A DNA stretch of 32,000 bases, from NCBI RefSeq assembly GCF_001306055.1, contig NZ_LGHJ01000016.1:1-32000 (forward strand). Direction: 5' to 3'. The translations under genes were made by a program, and so were the position numbers. Shown here piece after piece: positions 7,568 to 14,914 of this stretch (the stretch's first letter is position 1; each line of letters opens with the position of its first letter). The DNA comes from Bellilinea caldifistulae. Its GTDB lineage: Bacteria; Chloroflexota; Anaerolineae; Anaerolineales; Anaerolineaceae. The notes under the pieces are model-generated. The model did not search any database. It was given only the letters and a program-made list of their open reading frames with translations, and was not told the DNA's origin.

Positions 7568-8298
7568 AGGTGGCACTTCGGGTTGGAAGAAGTTTTCAGG
7601 CTTTGTTGATGGCGCTATTGGGATTGTTTTTACTCAGCCGCATCTGGAGCGGGGACATTTTGTTGTATATCAATCAGCGCTTTGTGGTTTTGGTGTTTCT
7701 GGCGGGTTTGGCTTTTGTCATCCTTGCCCAGGTTCTTTATGCAGAACGGGTATCCAGCCAGAATGAGGAGGAAAGTACCAAAAGTTTTTCAAAATCGAAT
7801 CTGTGGTGGTTGTCCATTCCGATTCTGATTGGTTTTCTTGTACCCGCCAGACCCTTAAGTCCCACGGCCGTAGCCAACCGGGGAATCAGCATTGATGCAC
7901 CACTTTCAGCACGCATCGAAGATACGTCTGATTTACTTTCTCTTAGTCCCACTGAAAGGACGGTGCTGGATTGGATTCGCTTGTTCAGCTTTAGCGAGAA
8001 CCAGCAGCAATTCGTTGGTCAACCAGTGGATGTTACGGGATTTGTGTTCTCGGATGGCCGCTTGAGTGAAACCCAATTCATGGTGGGGCGTTTCACGATC
8101 ACTTGCTGTGTTGCGGATGCAACCGCTTTAGGGATGATCGTTGAATACCCACAGGCTGCCGTGTTGAAACAACTCGGTTGGGTGCGGGTGCAAGGAAAAT
8201 TGGATTTACTGGAGCGGGATGGCCGCATGCTGCCGGTGATACTGGCCGAATCGGTTGAGGCGGTCGCGCCACCGGCACAGCCCTATCTTTTCCCATGA
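7555..8298 (+). CDS. TIGR03943/DUF1980-family putative permease subunit
   Basis: N-terminal TM helices plus a C-terminal soluble domain with the GRFTITCCVADA motif. It overlaps or abuts the permease stop at 7565-7567. The start is uncertain among GTG 7555, 7564 and 7570. Confidence 0.75.
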   Translation: MGEVKVALRVGRSFQALLMALLGLFLLSRIWSGDILLYINQRFVVLVFLAGLAFVILAQVLYAERVSSQNEEESTKSFSKSNLWWLSIPILIGFLVPARPLSPTAVANRGISIDAPLSARIEDTSDLLSLSPTERTVLDWIRLFSFSENQQQFVGQPVDVTGFVFSDGRLSETQFMVGRFTITCCVADATALGMIVEYPQAAVLKQLGWVRVQGKLDLLERDGRMLPVILAESVEAVAPPAQPYLFP

Positions 8299-9662
8299 AG
8301 CCGCGTCGTTTTGAACGAGTGGTTGTGATCACCATCGTCCTGCTGGTGGCTGTGCTGGCAGGGTTGGCTTTGATCACCTTTCAAATCGGGCTGTCCAATC
8401 CGCAGGTTATTTTTGCGGGTGAGGCAGGATGGATTGGCGGGCGCGGTCCGGTTGAATTGCAATTTCAACAAGACATGGAGCGTTCTTCGGTTGAAAGCCG
8501 GCTGTCCTTCGAGCCGGGGTGGAAGGGTACATGGCGCTGGGTGGATGATCGCACGATTCGCTTTTTCCCCGACCTTACGCTTGGCGAGGGAACGTCTCTC
8601 AAACTGATTCTGGGGCAGGGCGCTCGCAGCCGTGACGGGCGGGTCTTACGCCAGGCTTATATGGTAAACCTGCGCATTCGTCCAGCCTCGCTGGTTTTTC
8701 TGAATGATCCGCTTGTTTCGACAGAATTGGTTTGGATGAATCCTCTGACCAATGAACATCAATTACTGACCAACAGTGGAGGGCGGGTTTTCGATTTTGC
8801 TGTATCGCCAGATGGAGAAAAAATTATCTATTCCAGGATCAACCTTCGAGATGGTACCGATCTGATCCTGATCAACCGGGATGGTACGGGTGAAAAGGTA
8901 TTGGTGGAATGCGGCGAATTTGCCTGCATTGAACCGACCTGGACGCCGGACAGCCGATTTGTGGCGTATACCCGTTATGAAAGCGGTTTGACTGCCAGTT
9001 TGATGGAAGGAATTGGGAAAATCTACGTTGTAGATGTGGAGACCGGCAGCAGTAATTTACTTTTTAATAATCCCGGTCTCTTTGGATCTTTACCGGTTTT
9101 CTCGCCGGATGGTTCTGCGGTTTCGTTTTACGATATTGGCGAACAAGCCATTCGGCTTGTCAATTTACTGGATGGCAGCAGTTCGATCATCCCCAGCCGC
9201 GTGGCGGGACGCGGAAGCTGGTCACCGGATGGGCACACTTTGCTGGTGGCAGATTGGGATGGTGAAGCAGCGATCCCGCGCAGCAATCTCTTTCGATTGG
9301 ACCTGGAAAGCCGTTCGGTCAGCCGTTTTTTTGAAGAAACGTTTGAGGTGCTGGACGTTTCATTACCGGCATGGTCGCCGGATGGGAAACTGGTCGTGTG
9401 TGCGGTTCAAACTCAGAGCCGGCAGGAAGGCAAACAATTGTGGCTGTTTGACAATCAGGGTCAACCTTTGGTTCAGATCACCAATGAGCCGCGAATGAAT
9501 TATTCATCCTACCAATGGTCGCCGGATGGAAAGAGAGTGGTGTTTCAACAGGTTAATCTTGGTCAGCCGGATGACCTGCCTAAAATCTTAATCTGGCAAC
9601 GGGAAAATCAGCAGATTGAAACCCTTTTTGAAAACGGTGCATTTCCTCAATGGATGCCGTGA
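8295..9662 (+). CDS. membrane-anchored PD40/TolB-like beta-propeller protein with an N-terminal Ig-like region
   Basis: The ATGA overlap with the previous gene suggests translational coupling. TM helix VVVITIVLLVAVLAGLALITF. Repeated PD40 signatures: VSPDGEKIIYS, WTPDSRFVAYT, FSPDGSAVSF, WSPDGHTLLVA, WSPDGKLVVCA, WSPDGKRVVFQ. Confidence 0.8.
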   Translation: MKPRRFERVVVITIVLLVAVLAGLALITFQIGLSNPQVIFAGEAGWIGGRGPVELQFQQDMERSSVESRLSFEPGWKGTWRWVDDRTIRFFPDLTLGEGTSLKLILGQGARSRDGRVLRQAYMVNLRIRPASLVFLNDPLVSTELVWMNPLTNEHQLLTNSGGRVFDFAVSPDGEKIIYSRINLRDGTDLILINRDGTGEKVLVECGEFACIEPTWTPDSRFVAYTRYESGLTASLMEGIGKIYVVDVETGSSNLLFNNPGLFGSLPVFSPDGSAVSFYDIGEQAIRLVNLLDGSSSIIPSRVAGRGSWSPDGHTLLVADWDGEAAIPRSNLFRLDLESRSVSRFFEETFEVLDVSLPAWSPDGKLVVCAVQTQSRQEGKQLWLFDNQGQPLVQITNEPRMNYSSYQWSPDGKRVVFQQVNLGQPDDLPKILIWQRENQQIETLFENGAFPQWMP

Positions 9663-9685
9663 AGGAAGCGGGGCAAAACCCGATC

Positions 9686-10837
9686 TTAAGGGAGGTTTTG
9701 AAGGGCAGAGCAGATTTCCTGGACTACTTGGGGGTGGGTTTCGGTCTTCAAAGCCTCTTGCAGGGCAGTGCGGGCTTGCTCCCCGCCGATGCGCCCAATT
9801 GCCCAGGCTGAATGGGAGCGAACCAGTGGTTCCTCATCGGATTTCAGAGACGTTATCAGTGCCGACAGATTTTCACTGCGCAGAGAATTTCCGAGGGCGA
9901 CTGCCACATTTCGCAAGTAGCCGCGCCGTTTGGCGCGCAGAACGGGGCTTTGGCTGAACTTCTGCTTGAATTCAGCCTGTGAAAGCAATATCTCACGGCT
10001 CAAGACCGGACGGGCTGTGTCCTCTTTTGGAGAAAATGCAGGATCATGATGGGGTGAGGCAAAGCGGATATTCCACGGGCAGACCTGCTGGCAAATATCA
10101 CAACCAAAAACCCAATTATCGAGAGCCGGGCGAAGATCCGGTGGAATTTCGGTTTTATTTTCGATGGTGAGGTAAGAAATGCACCGTCTGGCATCCAGAG
10201 TGCGGTCAGGCAGAATACAGTGGGTTGGGCAGGCTTGAATACACCGCTGACATGAGCCGCAATGATCGGCAGGAAAGGGCGAGTCTGGTTCGAGATCAAG
10301 AGTGAGGAATAATTCACCCAGTAAAAAGTAAGAGCCGATACGTGGATTAATCAGGCAGGTGTTCTTGCCAACCCAGCCGAGGCCGGCACGTTGGGCTAAA
10401 TCGCGTTCCAGAACGGGGCCGCTATCCGTAAGGATCTTCCATTCAAAAGACCGACCAATTTTTCCTTGTAAGGCTGTGACCAACTCCCTTAATCGGGAGG
10501 GAATGATAGTGTGGTAATCTTCTCCCCATGCGTAAGCCGCCACCTTGCCGAATGGTTTTGAAGACGCGGGAGGGGCATCTTCGGGGCGGGGGTAGCGGAG
10601 GGCAACCACAAGGATGGTCCGAACACCCGGCAGGATCAAAGATGGGTCAGCTCGTCGGGCAACTGCATCCGGGCGGGAGAGATAGGCCATTTCACCGTGC
10701 ATCCCTTGATTGAGCCATTTTTGGAAGGATGGAAAGGATGTCGGTGGAGAAGGATCCGTAAAACCAACAAGATCAAAGCCGAGACGAATGGCCTCGGCTT
10801 TGATGAATTCCTTCAAGTCTGGTGAATTCCCCACCAT
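9686..10837 (-). CDS. queG: tRNA epoxyqueuosine(34) reductase
   Basis: 383 aa with two ferredoxin-type cluster motifs, CGSCQRCIQACP and CDICQQVCPWN. The N-terminal region is DUF1730-like and the C terminus has HEAT-like repeats (PLVRSHSAWAIGRIG). Confidence 0.85.
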   Translation of the reverse strand: MVGNSPDLKEFIKAEAIRLGFDLVGFTDPSPPTSFPSFQKWLNQGMHGEMAYLSRPDAVARRADPSLILPGVRTILVVALRYPRPEDAPPASSKPFGKVAAYAWGEDYHTIIPSRLRELVTALQGKIGRSFEWKILTDSGPVLERDLAQRAGLGWVGKNTCLINPRIGSYFLLGELFLTLDLEPDSPFPADHCGSCQRCIQACPTHCILPDRTLDARRCISYLTIENKTEIPPDLRPALDNWVFGCDICQQVCPWNIRFASPHHDPAFSPKEDTARPVLSREILLSQAEFKQKFSQSPVLRAKRRGYLRNVAVALGNSLRSENLSALITSLKSDEEPLVRSHSAWAIGRIGGEQARTALQEALKTETHPQVVQEICSALQNLP

Positions 10838-10848
10838 TGTGAAGAGAA

Positions 10849-11577
10849 CTACGGTGTTGGGGATGGGGTTTCCGTTTCGGTCGGCGCTGGCGGTGGTGTA
10901 TTTGTGGCTGGGGCGACTGTTAGCGTTGGCGTGGGAGCGCTGCCGGAAACTTTAATGTCGAGAGTCAGGGTGAAAAAGTTTTGCCCATCGGCGTTGGTCA
11001 AAACCCAGATGGTTCGATAATCGCCGGCCTTAGCGGGCGCTTTCATATTCAAAACCAGATCCACATTTTCATTGGGTTTAACTTCTTTGGGAAAGCGAAT
11101 GTCCGACGCTCCAAATCGCAGTGTTGCATCCCCAAGGAAAAATCTGACCTGATAGGCGGTTGTCCACGTGGTCGTGCCAGTGTTCTTAACTGTCCAGGTC
11201 AGGGTGAAGGGTTGCTCCGGGTACATGACCGTACCATCCAGTGGAGATTGGGTCACAAAATCCGCACGATCTGCCACCGACGGACGGGTTGCAGTTGGGG
11301 GGATGGTTAAGGTGGGTGTATCGGCGCTGGTAGGTGACACGGCTTGAGTCGGTTCAGGGGTATTAGTCGGTGGTAAAGTCGCCGTCGGTGTGGCGGATGG
11401 CAGACTGGCTGCGGTCTGGGTTAAACCGGCAGCGACAGTTTCCGCGGCTTGTGTGAAAATCAAGGCCGGGTCGGTGGTGGGGGTTGCTTCTGAGCGGCTG
11501 CATGCCGAAAGCAGTAATAAACCCGTCAGCAGGGTAAACAGAATTACCTGCTTTGTAATTTTCTTGTTTGATATCAT
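10849..11577 (-). CDS. secreted lipoprotein with an NBR1-type Ig-like domain, flanked by Thr/Pro-rich segments
   Basis: Lipobox LLLSAC. The central beta-sandwich segment (FTLTWTVKNTGTTTWTTAYQVRF...MKAPAKAGDYRTIWVLTNADGQNF) resembles the NBR1-like Ig fold. I prefer ATG 11577, which has GGAGG 4 nt upstream, over the TTG at 11595. Confidence 0.7.
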   Translation of the reverse strand: MISNKKITKQVILFTLLTGLLLLSACSRSEATPTTDPALIFTQAAETVAAGLTQTAASLPSATPTATLPPTNTPEPTQAVSPTSADTPTLTIPPTATRPSVADRADFVTQSPLDGTVMYPEQPFTLTWTVKNTGTTTWTTAYQVRFFLGDATLRFGASDIRFPKEVKPNENVDLVLNMKAPAKAGDYRTIWVLTNADGQNFFTLTLDIKVSGSAPTPTLTVAPATNTPPPAPTETETPSPTP

Positions 11578-11618
11578 TCTTCCTCCAATTTCCAATCCAA
11601 CCTAATGATACCTGCCAT

Positions 11619-11633
11619 TTGTCTGGCAGACAA
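11619..11633. repeat. perfect 7-1-7 inverted repeat TTGTCTG-G-CAGACAA, function unknown
   Basis: Read directly from the sequence. It lies between the predicted internal promoter (11641-11669) and the lipoprotein start codon. Confidence 0.9.
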
Positions 11634-11640
11634 CCCCCCG

Positions 11641-11669
11641 ATTCTGTACTGACCCGCTCAAATTGTCAA
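11641..11669 (-). promoter_or_regulatory. candidate internal promoter upstream of the Ig-like lipoprotein and queG
   Basis: Minus strand: -35 TTGACA (11669-11664), 17-nt spacer, -10 CAGAAT (11646-11641). Confidence 0.35.
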
Positions 11670-11673
11670 GGTT

Positions 11674-12777
11674 TTACGGTTCAATGGGCTGCCACAGGGC
11701 ATTATTGGAGGAGGACGCATCGGGTAAGCGGTCTGAAAATCCGTATCCTTCCCGGAAGGTTATGTAGGTAATTGCTCCTGGTAGAATCTTGAAGCGGGTC
11801 TGGTAATCGGTTTCATTGTAGGAAAATTGAAGCGTGTAATCACCGGCCGGCAAGTCGCTCAGCACCAGATTTTCGCGGTAGTAATCATCGCTGTTGACAC
11901 TTTCGGGAGCATAGGTTCGTACTACCCAGCTGCGTTTGATCTCCGCCGATGAAACTCTTACGTCCAGCAGGCGGATGAGAGATCCATCGGCTTTCATCCA
12001 CCGACCGACCAACACTCCCCATCCTTGCGGTGGTGCGAGCCATAATTCGGGGTTGCGAGACACATAATAACTATTCCGTTCGAGGCGCACTTCAAAATGG
12101 AGATGCGGGCCGGTGGTGAAGCCAGTGTTCCCGACAATACCCAGTTGATCTCCGGCTTTGACCGTTTGGCCGAGTGAAACGTCTACGCGATCCATGTGGG
12201 CGTAAATGGTATACAACTGACGGCGGTCAAAACCAAAATTATGGCGGATGGCAACAGCGATGCCGTAGGGATCATCGGGTGAATCCGGCCCTTTGTAGAG
12301 ACCAATTCCGGCCCAAACAACTGTACCATCGGCAGCTGCTATGACCGGTGTGCCACGCATGGCGTCAATATCAATGCCGGTATGAACGATATTCGTGCCA
12401 GTGAAATAATACCCATAACGGTAGTCAGCCAGCGGCCAGTTGACCTCATCGGCGGCAATTGGGCGGATGAAGTAAAAATGATCGTGCGGACTCAACGCCC
12501 ACGGAACTTCGTAAAGCGGAGGACGCCAAAGAGAAACCGGCGGGTCTGATGGTGTTGGAAAAGTGAATTTCAGCGGTTCTTCAGCTTCCGGATTTTGCAA
12601 GCCGGTTAAGTCCTTTGAGATTGTCAGGACAGAATCGGGTGTGGGTGTGGTGATACTATTCAATGACGGTTCAATGAATCCTGGTTCGGATGCATCTGCG
12701 GCAGCGCTCCTCTGACAGGCGTTCAGGAAGAAGCCAAAAATCAAAGCCAGAAAGCAAATAAAACCGGATTTGGTCAT
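11674..12777 (-). CDS. M23 (LytM) family metallopeptidase lipoprotein with a C-terminal beta-sandwich domain
   Basis: Lipobox FFLNAC. Intact catalytic motifs HTGIDID (HxxxD) and GPHLHFEV (HxH). The start overlaps the upstream gene stop (ATGA at 12774-12777). Confidence 0.85.
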   Translation of the reverse strand: MTKSGFICFLALIFGFFLNACQRSAAADASEPGFIEPSLNSITTPTPDSVLTISKDLTGLQNPEAEEPLKFTFPTPSDPPVSLWRPPLYEVPWALSPHDHFYFIRPIAADEVNWPLADYRYGYYFTGTNIVHTGIDIDAMRGTPVIAAADGTVVWAGIGLYKGPDSPDDPYGIAVAIRHNFGFDRRQLYTIYAHMDRVDVSLGQTVKAGDQLGIVGNTGFTTGPHLHFEVRLERNSYYVSRNPELWLAPPQGWGVLVGRWMKADGSLIRLLDVRVSSAEIKRSWVVRTYAPESVNSDDYYRENLVLSDLPAGDYTLQFSYNETDYQTRFKILPGAITYITFREGYGFSDRLPDASSSNNALWQPIEP

Positions 12778-14696
12778 GGCTGAACGGCTCCGGGCAGTGG
12801 TGTCCAGGTTGGACGGCGGGTTGGCTGACTGGTTGGCGTGGAACTCGGCAGAGGAGTTGCAGTCCGGTAAAAACGGATAGTCGGTGAAACGGTCGGTGTG
12901 AGTGTCAAAGTTGGGATGGAGGTGGGAGTTTGGAGTGCCTCCGGCGGATAAAATTGCGCCATTGCCGCTGCCCAGTTCAGGCCATCGGTTTTGACCAGCT
13001 GGTTAAACCGGGCAGCCGGATAGAAGGTACGCCAGTTTTGCAATGCCGGCACTGGCTGCCAGCCAAAGCGGCTGGCCAGTTCGGTAAAATCAATCCAGTA
13101 TCCGTCAGGGATAGAAACCAAAGCACCGCCCTGTTCGTATGCGCGCGGGTCGCCGTTATAGCGCGCATCCAGAGACCACGGGTGCTGACGCATCGGCAAT
13201 CCTTGTGACCCATCCTGATAGCGGGCACGGATAAAGATGCGCCAGAAGGTTTGCCCGTTGCGTTCTTCACGGGTGATCGTCATCCAGCCAGCCTGAACGG
13301 GTAGCGAATTGACCGCAAAGGCACGACCGGTCAGCAGCCACTCATCCACACTGCCCGGGTGAGGCGGTTCGGTGATGGGTAAGTAAGCGTTTTCCAGGTT
13401 ACCCAGCACATCCCAACCGGACTGCCTGGCGACTTCACGGCGAAGGGCGAGAAAGGATTCATCTACGGCATCGTGCAGGAAGGGGTAGGGGACGTTGACA
13501 TCGGTCAGAGCAACCAGCCCAAAACGATTAGGAGGAGATTGAGGGGCAAGGGTGATTTGAACGGTAAACAACGAAGGCAGCACTGCCGGGCTGTCCACCA
13601 GAAATTTTGAAATTAAATCGTTGATTTGCCCGCCTTTCCAATCCATGCCATGAATGGCAGCCGGCATGACCGATAACGGCAAAGCCAGTTTTTGGGATGA
13701 CACCTCAAAACCAGCCAGGTTATCCTGTAAAAAGTCGGCCTGGCGGGTGAGGAGTACTTTTCCGTCCGGACTCCAGATTGAATTGTGACCTGCCAGCACT
13801 GGAAAAGCGGGGGTTTGCGGAGTGCTGCTATCCCAAAGGAAGATGGTGTCTGTGGCGTTATTTTGTCCTCCCCAGGTCAAAAAACGACCATCCGGTGACC
13901 AGGCTGGCGAACGAACCGGACTACCGACTCCAAGGCTGATGTTGGTGTACCGTTCGCCAATTTGATCCAAACGAGCCGTCCAGACTTCATCCTGTCCGTT
14001 GCGGTCAGAAACAAAGGCGATTTCTTGCCCCAAAGGTGACCAGGCGGGGGAATGGTCGGCACTGGGGGTATTGGTGAGCGGGATTGGTGGCTGGCTCAAA
14101 TCCGAAAGTGACTGGATAAAGATATCCAGATTGCCGTTTGTGTGGGTTTCATACGCCAGCCACTGCCCATCTGGAGACCAGGTCGGCCAGCCATCGTACT
14201 CCGGTGTGTCGGTCACGCGAGTTAAGTTTCCATTGCGCAGGTCAAAGATGTAAATATCCCAATAGCCATTGCGCCGGGATGCGTAAGCAATTCGGCTGCC
14301 ATCGGGACTGATTGCGGGGTGTAAATCATCCCACGGATGATTGGTCAGGCGGGAAAGTGGTAAGCGGGTGGGATGAAAGGCGAACAGGTGGACAAATGGT
14401 CCATCACTCATCGCAAGCACAATCAAGCCGTCCGGATCTGTGTCGTTTTGCGGAGCTATCGATTCTCCAAGAGCCACATTCAAGAGACTGGCTTGTGGAG
14501 ATGATTCTGTTGGCACGAGTGTATCTAAGGGGGGAATAGTTGGCAGAAGCGCCGGTAAGGTTGGGGTAGGAAGCAGCAGGTATTGATCCCGGATAATCGG
14601 GATGCCGATCCAGAGAAGTACCACCAATAGAGCAAAGAAGAAGGTCAACCAGCCTAACGGTTGTCTTTTTTTATTTGCTTTTGGGGAAGCAGCCAT
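12774..14696 (-). CDS. membrane-anchored TolB-like PD40 beta-propeller protein with an uncharacterised about 200-aa C-terminal domain and a Thr/Pro-rich tail
   Basis: Signal anchor WLTFFFALLVVLLWIGIPII. PD40 repeats: ISPDGSRIAYASRRNGYWDIY, WSPDGQWLAYETHTNGNLDIF, WSPLGQEIAFVSDRNGQDEVW, WSPDGRFLTW, WSPDGKVLLT. GGGAG lies 4 nt upstream of the ATG. Confidence 0.8.
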   Translation of the reverse strand: MAASPKANKKRQPLGWLTFFFALLVVLLWIGIPIIRDQYLLLPTPTLPALLPTIPPLDTLVPTESSPQASLLNVALGESIAPQNDTDPDGLIVLAMSDGPFVHLFAFHPTRLPLSRLTNHPWDDLHPAISPDGSRIAYASRRNGYWDIYIFDLRNGNLTRVTDTPEYDGWPTWSPDGQWLAYETHTNGNLDIFIQSLSDLSQPPIPLTNTPSADHSPAWSPLGQEIAFVSDRNGQDEVWTARLDQIGERYTNISLGVGSPVRSPAWSPDGRFLTWGGQNNATDTIFLWDSSTPQTPAFPVLAGHNSIWSPDGKVLLTRQADFLQDNLAGFEVSSQKLALPLSVMPAAIHGMDWKGGQINDLISKFLVDSPAVLPSLFTVQITLAPQSPPNRFGLVALTDVNVPYPFLHDAVDESFLALRREVARQSGWDVLGNLENAYLPITEPPHPGSVDEWLLTGRAFAVNSLPVQAGWMTITREERNGQTFWRIFIRARYQDGSQGLPMRQHPWSLDARYNGDPRAYEQGGALVSIPDGYWIDFTELASRFGWQPVPALQNWRTFYPAARFNQLVKTDGLNWAAAMAQFYPPEALQTPTSIPTLTLTPTVSPTIRFYRTATPLPSSTPTSQPTRRPTWTPLPGAVQP

Positions 14697-14834
14697 CTAT
14701 CTCCCAATACCGAACGTTTTGGCAATGTTGATATGAAAAGTAGCATTGCGAAAACACGAAATGCAACAGACGGTCGAACCTGCCTGAATGCCGTTTTCTT
14801 TGAGTGTCTTCGAGCGATAATTCACTTAAGGTTT

Positions 14835-14864
14835 ATTGTAGCATTCAAAAAAATGTGCGGTCAA
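14835..14864 (-). promoter_or_regulatory. sigma70-type promoter (with extended -10) for the TolB-like/M23 operon
   Basis: Minus strand: -35 TTGACC (14864-14859), 18-nt spacer, TGc TACAAT (14843-14835). Confidence 0.45.
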
Positions 14865-14914
14865 CCAAAACGCCTTGCAATTGGGTTGGCTTATCAATAT
14901 TGTTAGTTTCACCA

